The notes under the pieces are model-generated. The model saw only the letters and a list, made by a program, of their open reading frames with translations, had not been told where the DNA came from and searched no databases. The translations under genes were made by a program, and so were the position numbers. From NCBI GenBank assembly GCA_965242705.1, contig OZ251486.1:719806-783805 (forward strand): a stretch of 64,000 nucleotides of DNA. The letters run 5' to 3'. Shown piece after piece: positions 45,180 to 55,297 of this stretch. Each line of letters opens with the position of its first letter. The stretch's first letter is position 1. This DNA is from Bryobacterales bacterium (GTDB taxonomy: Bacteria > Acidobacteriota > Terriglobia > Bryobacterales > UBA6623).

Positions 45180-46634
45180 TTACGCGCCCACCGCCGCATG
45201 ATGCATGATTTCCTGCTGCGTCGTCTCGCGGGGAAGCTCGGCAACGACGGCGCCGTTGCGCATGACCAGGATGCGGTCGGCGACCTGCAGCAACTCGGGC
45301 AGTTCCGAGCTGACCATCAGCAGCGCCTTGCCTTCGGCGGCCATTTCCTCCATCAAGCGAAAGACCTCCGCTTTGGCGCCGACGTCGATGCCGCGGGTGG
45401 GTTCGTCGAAAAGCACTACGCCGGTATCGCGGAACAGCCATTTGGCGATGACGACCTTCTGCTGGTTGCCGCCGCTGAGTTGACGCGCCCGCTGCCGGAT
45501 CGATCCGGCGCGTATGCGCAGACGCGCGCGGTAGCTCTCGGCGACCTTTTCCTCCGCTGCGGATTGAACCATCCCGGCGGAGCAAACCGCATCGAGATTG
45601 GCCATGGTGACGTTGGCGCGTATCGGCAGATCGAGAGCCAACCCGGTTTGCTGCCGGTCTTCGGTAACCAGAGCGACGCCGGCGGCCACCGCGCCGCGCG
45701 GCGAATCGATCGTCCGTTTCTCTCCATCGACCTCGATCGAACCCTCGTGCGCCGGCGTGACGCCGAAAAGCGTCCGGCACAACTCGGTGCGGCCGGCGCC
45801 CATCAACCCGGCGACGCCGACGATCTCGCCGGCGCGGATCTCGAACTGCGCGCCGGGCAGATCGACCTTGAGCTTGACCTTGCCCGGCGCAAGCCTGCCG
45901 CGCTCGTAAATCGCCGAGACTTCGCGCCCCACCATGTGATGCACAATCTCTTGTGTCGAGATCTCCGCGCGCGGGCAGGAATGCACGGTTTCGCCGTCGC
46001 GCAGGATGGTGACGCGATCGGCGATTTCGTCCAGCTCGACCAGGCGGTGCGTGATGTAGATGATGCCCTTGCCGCGGGCGCGCAATTGGCGGACGATCTC
46101 GAACACCTCGACAGTCTCCGCCTCGGAAAGCGAAGACGTAGGCTCGTCGAAGATCAACAGCGAGGCGTCGCTGCGCAGCGCGCGGACAATCTCGACGAGC
46201 TGCTTTTGCGCCGGACTCAGCATTTCCACGCGGCGGCCGGCTTCGAGAGGGAAGCGGTGCTCGTCGATCAACCGCTCGGTTTCCTCTTCCATCGCCCGGC
46301 GGTCGGCCAGCGGCCCGCGCAGGATTTCGTGTCCGAGAAACACGTTTTCGGCAACGGTCAGGTGCGGCGCCAGCAGCGATTCCTGATGCACCATGGCAAT
46401 GCCGGCGCGGTGGGCCTCGGCGGGTCTGGCGAAATCGACCGCCTCGCCCTGAAAACGCATCTCTCCCCCGTCGCGGCGATGCATGCCGGCGACGATTTTC
46501 ATCAACGTCGATTTTCCCGCTCCGTTTTCACCGACCAGCGCGTGAACCTGCCCCGGCTCGACGCGCATGTCCCCGCGCACAAGCGCATGAACGCCGCCGA
46601 ACGATTTGCGAATGCCGCTTGATTCGAGAAGCAC
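45180..46634 (-). CDS. sugar ABC transporter ATP-binding protein (duplicated ATPase, RbsA-like)
   Basis: GENGAGKST Walker A, LSPAQKQLVEIVRAL and LSGGNQQKVVIAKWL signatures, two NBDs. Confidence 0.88.
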   Translation of the reverse strand: MLLESSGIRKSFGGVHALVRGDMRVEPGQVHALVGENGAGKSTLMKIVAGMHRRDGGEMRFQGEAVDFARPAEAHRAGIAMVHQESLLAPHLTVAENVFLGHEILRGPLADRRAMEEETERLIDEHRFPLEAGRRVEMLSPAQKQLVEIVRALRSDASLLIFDEPTSSLSEAETVEVFEIVRQLRARGKGIIYITHRLVELDEIADRVTILRDGETVHSCPRAEISTQEIVHHMVGREVSAIYERGRLAPGKVKLKVDLPGAQFEIRAGEIVGVAGLMGAGRTELCRTLFGVTPAHEGSIEVDGEKRTIDSPRGAVAAGVALVTEDRQQTGLALDLPIRANVTMANLDAVCSAGMVQSAAEEKVAESYRARLRIRAGSIRQRARQLSGGNQQKVVIAKWLFRDTGVVLFDEPTRGIDVGAKAEVFRLMEEMAAEGKALLMVSSELPELLQVADRILVMRNGAVVAELPRETTQQEIMHHAAVGA

Positions 46635-46640
46635 GAGGCG

Positions 46641-48089
46641 TTATGGCGATCGGGGGCGGGGAACGGCGGGGCCGCGGCGCACGCGCGGGTTCCGCCCTTG
46701 TACTTTAACAACCAAGCGGTCGGGCATCGTCCCGGCGGGCGCTTTGGAATCGTAGGTTACGGCGTACAGCGAGGCGAGATCGGCGGCCAAGCGGTCGGCC
46801 GCTTCTTCCGCTCCGCCGGGTTTGAGATCGATGGAGCGTCCGCCCGAGAGCTTCGCCAGGCGTTCGAAGTCCTTGCAGTCGCCGCCCACGGAATAGAACG
46901 TTACGCCGCTCCGCGCCAACACTTCGACCGCGCCGGCGATCTCTTTGTCGGGAACGCGCGTCATGCAGTTGAAGCCGCCGACCGCGTTGACAACGACGAC
47001 GGCGTTTTTTTTGCCGAGATCGTCAAGCTCGAACGCCTTGTGCGCCAGCACGGTTGCCGCCAACAATTCGCTGATGCTCTCCGATCGAGCGGCGGCCGCA
47101 TACGCCTGCCGCAGTTTGCCGCGGTCGATCGAGGCCTTGGAAAGCACTCTCGCGAATCCTCCCTCGGCCTGCATCAGGGCGATGCGGTCGGCGTCGCGAA
47201 CGCGGGCAATCAACCTCTGCAGGAACGCACGGACGCGGCGCGGCGCCGGCCCGCCAAAGCCCTGCTGGGGGAGCCGCTGAAAGATCAAAACGACGTTGAC
47301 CCCGGCCCCGCCCGGCTGCACTTCGATAACGGGGCGGGGCTCCCCGTTTTCGACGACCGCGGCGCCGGCGGGCCAGGCGCCGGCGGCTTGAGGATTCTCA
47401 CGGAGCGAAACCATGACGCGGCGCCGGCCGGCCGGCCCCGCTCGGTTTTGCTGAGCCCGCAGCGCGCGCAGGATCGGGCGGGCAAGCTCAAGCGGCATCG
47501 GCCTGCCCCATTGGAAATTGTGCTCGGGCAGATAATCCTTGACGGCAATCCGACCAGGCGAGAAAGCCTGAATTTCGATCGTCCCTGCGCGGCCCTTCTC
47601 GGTCTCGATGCGAAACCCCTTCGAGGAATCGGTTGCCTGCCGATAGCCGCTGCCGGCAGGCAGCGACAAGGCGCCGGGCGGCTCCTCGCTTTTGACGAAT
47701 AGAGCCGTCGTGCGAATCGGAATCTCCATGGCGACCCCGCCCGTACCGGTTTCGACCAGGACGGAAACGGCGTTTCCGTTGATCGTGACGTTCCCCGAAA
47801 TCGTCTTGATCGAAATCGGCCAGCCGTAAGGGACGCGGGCGAACAGGTCGATCGCGGCCAGGTCCGGGGGAAACACGTCGATGAAGTACGTTTCGCCGGT
47901 TTTCTCGACGCGAACGTCTTCTTTCGTGATCGGCCTGCCGGGCGATTGGGCGTTCACGTCGATGCTCTCGCCGGGAACGATGACGATATGCACGCCGCCT
48001 TCCGGGTTCTCGATCGCCAGCGTTTCGCCCTCGGCGGCATCGAAACCGGCAACGATCAGACCGGCAAAGGCGATCTCGGCAACGCGCAT
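46641..48089 (-). CDS. hypothetical protein with a C-terminal VWA-like domain (acidobacterial VWFA-related type)
   Basis: The C-terminal half (VNVVLIFQ...VVVVNAVGG...VTFYSVGG) resembles a VWA fold without a clear DxSxS MIDAS. The N-terminal half is beta-rich. The family call is from memory only. Confidence 0.5.
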   Translation of the reverse strand: MRVAEIAFAGLIVAGFDAAEGETLAIENPEGGVHIVIVPGESIDVNAQSPGRPITKEDVRVEKTGETYFIDVFPPDLAAIDLFARVPYGWPISIKTISGNVTINGNAVSVLVETGTGGVAMEIPIRTTALFVKSEEPPGALSLPAGSGYRQATDSSKGFRIETEKGRAGTIEIQAFSPGRIAVKDYLPEHNFQWGRPMPLELARPILRALRAQQNRAGPAGRRRVMVSLRENPQAAGAWPAGAAVVENGEPRPVIEVQPGGAGVNVVLIFQRLPQQGFGGPAPRRVRAFLQRLIARVRDADRIALMQAEGGFARVLSKASIDRGKLRQAYAAAARSESISELLAATVLAHKAFELDDLGKKNAVVVVNAVGGFNCMTRVPDKEIAGAVEVLARSGVTFYSVGGDCKDFERLAKLSGGRSIDLKPGGAEEAADRLAADLASLYAVTYDSKAPAGTMPDRLVVKVQGRNPRVRRGPAVPRPRSP

Positions 48090-48144
48090 CTTTTTCTTCG
48101 AGTAGAGCACAACGGCATTCCGAGCGGCCCGCGCCCCCGCGCAA

Positions 48145-49263
48145 TCAGGGCAGCAACTCCAGCAGGCGGTCGATTTCCGCGCTCGTGTTGTAAACATGGG
48201 GCGCGATGCGGATGCGCCCCATGCGCAAAGAGGTCGAAATCCGATTTTCGTAGAGCATTCTTACCGTTTTCGCCGAGTCGATGCCCTGCTTGCGAATCGA
48301 GACGATTCCCGAGCCGGCCGCGCGGCTGCGCTCGGCGGCGGCCGCATAGCCCTTGCTCAAAGCGCCCGCAAGCAAGCGCTCGACGAGCGCATGGATGCGC
48401 CCGGCCGCCGCTTCGGAGCCAATCGCGTTCAGGAACTCGAGCGAAGCCCTCATGCCGGCGCAGCCCGCCGAATTCAGCGTGCCGCATTCGTAGCGTCCGG
48501 CGTCGGGCCGCAAGCCCCTGTCGAGACAATAGTCTTCGTAGCCCTGCACGTTGCTCCAGCCGAACTCCATCGGCTCCACGTCGTCCATGAAATCCCTGTC
48601 GATGTAGAAAACGCCGCAGCCCTCGGGGCCGAGCAGCCACTTGTGCGCCGAAGCCGACAGCGCATGGATTCCCGCCTGCTTGACGTCGATCGGAAAAGCG
48701 CCCATCCCCTGCACGGCATCGACCACGAAAAGGCACCGCCGCCGCCGGCATATCTCGCCGACCGCCCGCAAATCGAGGCGGAAACCGGTAAGAAAATGGA
48801 CGTAGCTCAGCGCCAGCAGGCGCGCCCCGGCGCAGGCTTCGTCAATCCGCTCGAGGTCGAGCGCGCCGCCGGCGAGCGTCAACCCGCGCAAGCGGACGCC
48901 GCGCCGCGCTTGCAGCTCCCGCCAGGGCAGAAAATTCGATGGAAAATCTTCTTCCATGCAAACGACGATATCGCCCGGTTTCCAGTCCAGGCCGTTGGCC
49001 GCGATCGACAAGCCCTCGGACGTATTCTTGACGATGGCGATCTCGTCCGGCGCGCAACCGATCGTCTCGGCCGCCGCCGCGCGCAGCCCCCGGTAATCTT
49101 CACTCCAACCCGGAAACCCGTGAACGCCCTGCGCGGCAACGCCGGCAATCTGCGCCCGCATCGCTTCCGCCGCACATTTCGGCAGCGGCGAGACCGCGGC
49201 ATGATTGAGATAAATGTAATTTTCCGTAACCGGAAACTGTTCTCTGAGCGTCAAAACGTTCAT
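48145..49263 (-). CDS. class V aminotransferase-fold PLP enzyme (cysteine desulfurase / selenocysteine lyase-like family)
   Basis: IYLNHAAVSPLP... and the SAHKWLLGPEGCGVFY lysine motif. Confidence 0.8.
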   Translation of the reverse strand: MNVLTLREQFPVTENYIYLNHAAVSPLPKCAAEAMRAQIAGVAAQGVHGFPGWSEDYRGLRAAAAETIGCAPDEIAIVKNTSEGLSIAANGLDWKPGDIVVCMEEDFPSNFLPWRELQARRGVRLRGLTLAGGALDLERIDEACAGARLLALSYVHFLTGFRLDLRAVGEICRRRRCLFVVDAVQGMGAFPIDVKQAGIHALSASAHKWLLGPEGCGVFYIDRDFMDDVEPMEFGWSNVQGYEDYCLDRGLRPDAGRYECGTLNSAGCAGMRASLEFLNAIGSEAAAGRIHALVERLLAGALSKGYAAAAERSRAAGSGIVSIRKQGIDSAKTVRMLYENRISTSLRMGRIRIAPHVYNTSAEIDRLLELLP

Positions 49264-49379
49264 CGTCGTATGCAACCGCACGGGACAGCCCCGCCCCGCC
49301 GGGCTCAAGGGCCGTCCACCGGCGCTATACTAATCATGCGGGATTGGAGCCGCGAAATTCGCTGGAGGATTCGACAGTC

Positions 49380-50405
49380 ATGATTAGCCGCAACCGAACG
49401 TTGGCCGCTCTGCTTGCTCTTGCGCTTGTCGTTCCCGCCGGCGCGCTTGCCAACGAGGAGAAACGCAGCGCCCAGAAACGCGACCCGAAAAACAAGAAGG
49501 AAGACGTCGAAGCCATCGGTGAGCGCAACGTCGGCAAGGGCGTCAACTTCTATTCGCTCGAAAAGGAGATCGCCCTCGGCAAGAGCATGGCCAACGATAT
49601 CGAGCGCCACGCCAAAATTGTCGATGATCCGGTGATCGCCGAGTACGTCAACCGCGTCGGGCAGAATCTGGTGCGCAACTCCGACGCCAGGGTTCCGTTC
49701 ACCATCAAGCTAATCGACAGCGAGGTCGTCAACGCGTTCGCCCTGCCCGGCGGGTTCTTCTACGTTCACAGCGGCCTGATGCTGCGCGCCGAAAGCGAAT
49801 CGGAACTAGCCGGCGTGATGGCGCACGAAATCGCCCACGTCGCCGCGCGCCACGGAACGCGCCAAGCCACAAAAGGCCAACTGGTCAACTTCGCCACGAT
49901 TCCGCTGCTCTTCATCGGCGGATGGACCGGGTTCGGCATTCGCCAAGCGGCCGGCTTCGCCATTCCCATGGGCTTCCTGAAGTTCTCCCGCGGCATGGAA
50001 TCCGAAGCCGATTTCCTGGGCGTGCAGTACCTCTACAAGGCCGGCTACGACCCCACTTCGGTCATCGATTTCTTCGAAAAGATGCTGGCCGACGAGAAAC
50101 GCCGGCCCGGCACGATGTCGAAACTTTTCTCAAGCCACCCGCCGCACGGCTCGCGCATCAGGAAAAGTCAAAAGACGATCGACGAACTCCTGCCCAGCAA
50201 GCCGGAATACGTGGTGACTACCTCGGAATTTCTGCAGGTCAAAGACCGCCTCAGCCAATTGACGGCGCACCGCAAGGACAAGAAGGAAGACCCCAACCGG
50301 CCGCGTCTGCGCCGCACCAGCGCCGGCGGAACGATCTCCACGGAAGACATCGACGTCGAAACCGAGGAAGAGGAAGACGAGCGGCCGACGCTGAAACGGC
50401 GTTAA
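49380..50405 (+). CDS. M48 family metallopeptidase (BepA/YfgC-like), secreted
   Basis: AGVMAHEIAHVAARH is an HExxH motif. Signal peptide and an acidic C-terminal tail. Confidence 0.85.
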   Translation: MISRNRTLAALLALALVVPAGALANEEKRSAQKRDPKNKKEDVEAIGERNVGKGVNFYSLEKEIALGKSMANDIERHAKIVDDPVIAEYVNRVGQNLVRNSDARVPFTIKLIDSEVVNAFALPGGFFYVHSGLMLRAESESELAGVMAHEIAHVAARHGTRQATKGQLVNFATIPLLFIGGWTGFGIRQAAGFAIPMGFLKFSRGMESEADFLGVQYLYKAGYDPTSVIDFFEKMLADEKRRPGTMSKLFSSHPPHGSRIRKSQKTIDELLPSKPEYVVTTSEFLQVKDRLSQLTAHRKDKKEDPNRPRLRRTSAGGTISTEDIDVETEEEEDERPTLKRR

Positions 50406-50413
50406 CCGGGCAT

Positions 50414-50659
50414 CTATTCGCGAATAGCGACGGCGAACTCCTCGATGACCGGGTTCGCCAGCACGTCCGAGGCGATCCTGACGGCCTGCGCCTGCGCCTC
50501 CTCGCGGTTGAGTCCCTCGGCAAGCTCGATCTCGAAGTACTTGCCCTGACGCACGTCGCGCACCGCATCGTAACCCTGACTGTTGAGCGCCGCGGAAATC
50601 GTGCGGCCCTGCGGGTCGAGGACGGTCTTCTTGAGCGCAACGTGGACAATCGCCTTCAT
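50414..50659 (-). CDS. purS: phosphoribosylformylglycinamidine synthase subunit PurS
   Basis: 81 aa; MKAIVHVALKKTVLDPQGRTI...GKYFEIEL is the classic PurS sequence. Confidence 0.88.
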   Translation of the reverse strand: MKAIVHVALKKTVLDPQGRTISAALNSQGYDAVRDVRQGKYFEIELAEGLNREEAQAQAVRIASDVLANPVIEEFAVAIRE

Positions 50660-50731
50660 CCCTCCAGTTTAGCCGCGCAAGGCCGGCGGCCGCCCGCATG
50701 CGCCGCCTCCGGCGGGGCGCTCTCGGCGCCG

Positions 50732-52105
50732 CTACTTTCCGATGCAGAAGGTCGAGAAGATGTTGTCCAGAATATCGTCCAGCGTGGTCGCTCCGGTGAT
50801 CCCGTCGAGCGCTTGCAGCGCCTCGTAAAGGTCGAGCAGCAGCATCTCATGCGGTACGCGCCCGCGCACCGCCTTTTCCCCTCGGTCCAACGCCTGCATG
50901 GACTGGCGCAGCAACGCTTCCTGACGGATATTCGTGACGAAGGTTCCGTCATCGGCGGCATCCGGTCCCGGCAGCGCGGCCCCGCGAATCCGGCGGCGCA
51001 GCGCCTCGATGCCTTCCCCTGTTTTCGCCGAAACGCGGAGCAGCGGCTCGTCCGTTTCGAGCCGCGCGGGCAGGTCCGCCTTGTTGCCGACCGGCAGGGT
51101 CTCGCAGGCCCGGCCGGCGCGGCTGCGCAACTCGCCGTCCGCCGGGTGGAGCGGCTGCGACAAATCGAAAACGACCAGCGCCAGATCCGCTTCCTGCATA
51201 GCCTGCCGCGACCGCTCGACCCCCTCGGCCTCAATCGCATCGCCGGTTGCGTGAATGCCGGCCGTATCCACCAATTCGACCGGAATGCCCTCGAAAGACG
51301 CCGTTTCGTTGATGGCGTCGCGCGTCGTGCCCGCCGTCGGCGAAGTGATGGCGCGGTCTCTTTGCAGCAAGCGGTTGAACAGGCTCGATTTGCCGACATT
51401 GGGGCGCCCCACGATGGCCAGCTTGAAGCCGGAGCGCACGACTTTGCCGAACCGGAAGCCTTCCGCAAGCCGCGCAATGCCCTCCCTGACGGGGGCCAGA
51501 CGTTCCAGGATATGGTTGTCCGAAGCGACATCGACGTCGTCTTCGGCGAAATCGATTCCGGCCTCGAGCAGCGCAATGCAATCGACGAGTCGTTTCTTGA
51601 GCGGACGTATCTGCCGCGAGAGCGCTCCTTCGACTTGGCGGACGGCAACGCGCGCCTGATAGAGCGTTGCCGCATCGATCAGATCGCGGACGGCCTCCGC
51701 CTGCACAAGGTCGATCCGGCCGTTGAGGTACGCCCGGCGGGTGAACTCGCCCGGTTCGGCAAGCCGCGCGCCCAATTCCACGGACCGCTCGACGACGAAG
51801 CGCACAACCGGCAGCGAGCCGTGGCAGGCAATTTCGGCGACGTCTTCGCCCGTATAGCTGTTGGGTTTCTTGAAAAACGTGACGAGCGCCCGATCGACCG
51901 CGCGGCCGTCGGCATCGACGATCTTGCCGGACGCGGCCGTTCGCGGCGCGAGTCTCACCGACGGGGCAAGCAACGCCGCAACCGCGGCCGCCCGCGGCCC
52001 GGAAATACGCACGACCGCAATGCCGCCGCGGCCCGGCGGCGTGGACAGCGCGGCGATGGTGTCGCCGCTTCCCGCGGCGTCCGGGTTGGCGTCGATCGGA
52101 GGCAA
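50732..52105 (-). CDS. mnmE: tRNA uridine-5-carboxymethylaminomethyl modification GTPase
   Basis: GRPNVGKSSLFN G1 motif, DTAG, and C-terminal FCIGK. Confidence 0.92.
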   Translation of the reverse strand: MPPIDANPDAAGSGDTIAALSTPPGRGGIAVVRISGPRAAAVAALLAPSVRLAPRTAASGKIVDADGRAVDRALVTFFKKPNSYTGEDVAEIACHGSLPVVRFVVERSVELGARLAEPGEFTRRAYLNGRIDLVQAEAVRDLIDAATLYQARVAVRQVEGALSRQIRPLKKRLVDCIALLEAGIDFAEDDVDVASDNHILERLAPVREGIARLAEGFRFGKVVRSGFKLAIVGRPNVGKSSLFNRLLQRDRAITSPTAGTTRDAINETASFEGIPVELVDTAGIHATGDAIEAEGVERSRQAMQEADLALVVFDLSQPLHPADGELRSRAGRACETLPVGNKADLPARLETDEPLLRVSAKTGEGIEALRRRIRGAALPGPDAADDGTFVTNIRQEALLRQSMQALDRGEKAVRGRVPHEMLLLDLYEALQALDGITGATTLDDILDNIFSTFCIGK

Positions 52106-52140
52106 GGCTGACGGCCCGGCGGAGCCGGTTCCTCGGCGGG

Positions 52141-52650
52141 TTACTTCGGCTCCGACCCCTTCGGATAAACGACGGCGTAGCGTCGCGGAGGAACGCCCTC
52201 CGACCGCGTCGTCACGGCGTCGCGGCCGCGCAGCGCAATGTGAATGATGCGCCGCTCCCGCGAGGTCATCGGCCCGAACTCGAACGGGCGTCCGCTCGCC
52301 GCCGCCTGTTCCGCCGCGGCTTCGGCGCTGAGCCGCAACTCGTCGATGCGCAGCAGGCGGTAGTCGTTCGCGTCGAAAACGATGCGGTAGCGGTCTTCAT
52401 GGGGTATGCGCAGCGCTTCGAGCGTCAATTGCTCCAGAGCAAGCAGCAATTCGCCCCGCTGGTTGAGCAGCAACTCGACGTCATCCCCTGAGAAGTCCAC
52501 GGCGATATCCGGGCTGATGAACGCCGACTTCTCCTTGACCTCGTAAATGTCGTACTCGAGATCGAAATCCGCGGCGTCCAGCACGGGTTCGAGAAAACCC
52601 TCGATCTTCGGCGCCAGAGCGTCAACGGTCCATTTCATCGACGACATCAC
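52141..52650 (-). CDS. jag: Jag/KhpB-like RNA-binding protein (KH + R3H)
   Basis: C-terminal R3H region SRERRIIHIAL, positioned between yidC and mnmE. Confidence 0.8.
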   Translation of the reverse strand: MMSSMKWTVDALAPKIEGFLEPVLDAADFDLEYDIYEVKEKSAFISPDIAVDFSGDDVELLLNQRGELLLALEQLTLEALRIPHEDRYRIVFDANDYRLLRIDELRLSAEAAAEQAAASGRPFEFGPMTSRERRIIHIALRGRDAVTTRSEGVPPRRYAVVYPKGSEPK

Positions 52651-52684
52651 GAACGGGAAACGACGCCGATGCAGCAGGAAAAAT

Positions 52685-54421
52685 TCATTGCTTTTTCTTC
52701 CTCTTGCCGCGGCGGGCCGGCTGCTCCAGCTTGATCTCCTCCACGGGCAATCGATTCAGAAAATACTGCTGTCCCACGCCGACAACGTTGCTGGTGAGCC
52801 AGTATAGCACCAGTCCCGCCTGGAACTGGTAGAAGATGAAGCCGAACATCAGCGGCATCAGCTTCATCACCTTCGCCTGCGTCGGGTCGGCGGTCGGCGT
52901 CGGGGTCAGCGCCTGCGACCAGAACTGGGTGGCGACCATGGCCAGGGGCAGGATGCGGATGGCCAAAGTCTCCGGAGCCGCCAGATCGGTAACCCAAAGC
53001 CAATCGGCATGACGCATTTCAATGGCCACCGTCAACAGCTTGTAGAAGGCGAAGAAAAAGGGCATCTGCAACAGCATCGGCAAACAGCCGCCCATCGGGT
53101 TCACGCCGTATTTCTTGTAAACCGCCTGAAGCTCCTCGGTCTGCTTGGCCTTTTTCGGGTCGCGCATCGACAGGCCCTTGTACTTGTCGTTGATCTGCTT
53201 GATCAGCGGCTGCACCTTCTGCATCCGTTTCATCGACTTGCTGCTCTTGTACTTCAGGGGGAACAGCAGGAAGTTGATGAAGACGGTGACGACGACGATG
53301 CTCCAGCCCCAGTTCGGCGTGACGTTGCCGTAAACCCAGCGCAGCATGGCGAAGATCGGTTCGGCCAGGAAGGCGAAGAAACCGAAATCGACGACCATGC
53401 GCAGCGCGGGACCCACGCGCTCGACGGCGGCCAGCTCTTGCAGGCTCTTCGGCCCTACGTAGAAATCGAAACGGTTGCGGTCCGCGCCGCCGAACGCGGC
53501 GGAAGCGAACAACTGCTCCCCGCCCTCTTCGCCGCCCGCCGGAACGATCTCGACGGCGCCGGTCTCGAGATCGATCTCCGCGCCCTCCGGCGGAATGGCG
53601 GCGGCGGCGAAAAACAGATCGGCGATGCCGACGAATGCGTACCGGCCGGAGTTGGCCAACCGCTCGTCCTCGGCGTCACCCGCATCGTTGCGCACAAGCT
53701 CCCCATTGTCGAAATAGAACGTCTGGCTGTGGGCGTAGTCCTGCACCTGAGCGGTGTCGCCGAAACCGCCCCCCCATTCGACCAGGTGACGCCGCGGGCG
53801 CCCGTTCTCGAGCACCTCCGTCTCGACGCCGACGACGTAACCTTCTTTCCGAAATTCGAAGGTCTTGCGGATGCTGAGGCCGTTTTCGGCAAACTCGAAT
53901 TGCAGCGTCGCGGGAGCTTTCCTGACGGCCGGGCCTTCATTGAACGTGAACAGCGCATCGTCCGCCCCGGCAATCGCCTCGCCGCCGGGCTCGACGAGAC
54001 GGAACGGCCTGCCGAAACGCTCCGCGCCTTGCCCATGCACCAGATCGAGAGGCTGATTCAACGAGTCTTCGTAGTCCGTGAGCGTCCAGCCGAGAGCCGC
54101 GGCGCCGCGATTGGTGAACGCAACCGTGAACGTGTCGGTCTCGACCGTGACCTGCCGCTCGCTCTCCGCCCGGACGGCCGCCCCCGGCGCTTCATCCGCG
54201 GGCGAAACGGCGTCCGGCGGCGGCTCCCGCCGCGTTTCGCGCCCGCGCTCCCCTTCCGGCGAAGATTCGCCGACTTGCGCCGATTCCGCTGCCGCGGGAG
54301 GGTCGGGAGGAACAGGGCGCGGCGCCAGATAGATGTAGATGCCCATCACCACGGCCGAAAGCACAGCGGCCTTGAGCATCTGGCGCTGGATGAATTGATC
54401 TTCCGATTTCGGCTCAGGCAT
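52685..54421 (-). CDS. yidC: membrane protein insertase YidC
   Basis: GWSIVVVTVFINFLLFPL, GCLPMLLQMPFFFAFY and C-terminal basic tail, 578 aa. Confidence 0.92.
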   Translation of the reverse strand: MPEPKSEDQFIQRQMLKAAVLSAVVMGIYIYLAPRPVPPDPPAAAESAQVGESSPEGERGRETRREPPPDAVSPADEAPGAAVRAESERQVTVETDTFTVAFTNRGAAALGWTLTDYEDSLNQPLDLVHGQGAERFGRPFRLVEPGGEAIAGADDALFTFNEGPAVRKAPATLQFEFAENGLSIRKTFEFRKEGYVVGVETEVLENGRPRRHLVEWGGGFGDTAQVQDYAHSQTFYFDNGELVRNDAGDAEDERLANSGRYAFVGIADLFFAAAAIPPEGAEIDLETGAVEIVPAGGEEGGEQLFASAAFGGADRNRFDFYVGPKSLQELAAVERVGPALRMVVDFGFFAFLAEPIFAMLRWVYGNVTPNWGWSIVVVTVFINFLLFPLKYKSSKSMKRMQKVQPLIKQINDKYKGLSMRDPKKAKQTEELQAVYKKYGVNPMGGCLPMLLQMPFFFAFYKLLTVAIEMRHADWLWVTDLAAPETLAIRILPLAMVATQFWSQALTPTPTADPTQAKVMKLMPLMFGFIFYQFQAGLVLYWLTSNVVGVGQQYFLNRLPVEEIKLEQPARRGKRKKKQ

Positions 54422-54737
54422 CGTGCAATGGGCTGTCGGGAACCGGGTCGATTCCGCCGGGAGAAAACGGGCGGCAGCGCAGCAGCCGCTTGATCGCCAG
54501 CAGCAGGCCGCGGCGCGCGCCGTGGCGCTCTACCGCTTCGCGGGCATACGCCGAGCAAGTCGGGTAAAACTTGCACGCGGAAGGAAACAAAGGCGACAGC
54601 GCGGTCTTGTAGAGCAGCAGCAGCGTCACCGCGGCGCGCTGCCAGGCGCTCTGCGCCCGGCCGTCTCGATTCGCGGCCGCCGACCTCGGCTCACTTGCGC
54701 AGCGCTCGTCGGACGGCGTACGGCAACAGACGGACAA
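54414..54737 (-). CDS. yidD: membrane protein insertion efficiency factor YidD
   Basis: YKTALSPLFPSACKFYPTCSAYAREAVERHG...RCRPFSPGGIDPVP. The start is uncertain: ATG 54737 overlaps rnpA, and an internal GTG is possible. Confidence 0.8.
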   Translation of the reverse strand: MSVCCRTPSDERCASEPRSAAANRDGRAQSAWQRAAVTLLLLYKTALSPLFPSACKFYPTCSAYAREAVERHGARRGLLLAIKRLLRCRPFSPGGIDPVPDSPLHDA

Positions 54738-55128
54738 GTTCAGCCTCTACTTCCGCGCCGCTTCGGCCGACAATCGCCCGCCGCGCATGCAGCACGACTT
54801 CCAGGCCGGCGGGAAAAAGCTCCCAGTGCTTGCGCGCCGCCTCGCGCAACAGCCGCTTCGCCCTGTTGCGGACAACGGCGCCGCCGACCTTGCGCGTAAC
54901 CGTAATGCCCACCCGGGCAGGCGCATCGTCTTCCGCGGCGCGGATGAATACCGTGAACAGGCTGCACGCTGACCTGGAACCTTCATGATAGACCTTCTGG
55001 AAACGGGATCGGCGCAGAATGCGCCGCGATGCGGGGAATCGTTGCGCGTTTCGCTCAACAATCTTCCGCTCGGCGCTATTCGTCGCTGACCGTGAGTCGT
55101 TTGCGGCCTTTTGCACGGCGGGCCGCAA
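54691..55128 (-). CDS. rnpA: ribonuclease P protein component
   Basis: [12 protein letters not shown]...[24 protein letters not shown]. The only canonical start (ATG 55128) overlaps rpmH by 53 nt, so the start is uncertain. Confidence 0.8.
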   Translation of the reverse strand: MRPAVQKAANDSRSATNSAERKIVERNAQRFPASRRILRRSRFQKVYHEGSRSACSLFTVFIRAAEDDAPARVGITVTRKVGGAVVRNRAKRLLREAARKHWELFPAGLEVVLHARRAIVGRSGAEVEAELVRLLPYAVRRALRK

Positions 55129-55222
55129 GTATCCGGCGGCCTCCCGGAGTCTTCATGCGCGCGCGGAAGCCATGTTTCTTCACGCGCTTGCGCCGATTGG
55201 GTTGAAACGTTCTCTTGGGCAT
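55076..55222 (-). CDS. rpmH: 50S ribosomal protein L34
   Basis: Not in the ORF track (48 aa). A hand translation of the minus strand gives [48 protein letters not shown]. Confidence 0.93.
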   Translation of the reverse strand: MPKRTFQPNRRKRVKKHGFRARMKTPGGRRILAARRAKGRKRLTVSDE

Positions 55223-55297
55223 GCGAACCCTTTTTTCGGCGGCCGCGCAAAACGCAGACGCCTCCTCCTCCGAAGTACGACCTTCAGTTTAGCACAG

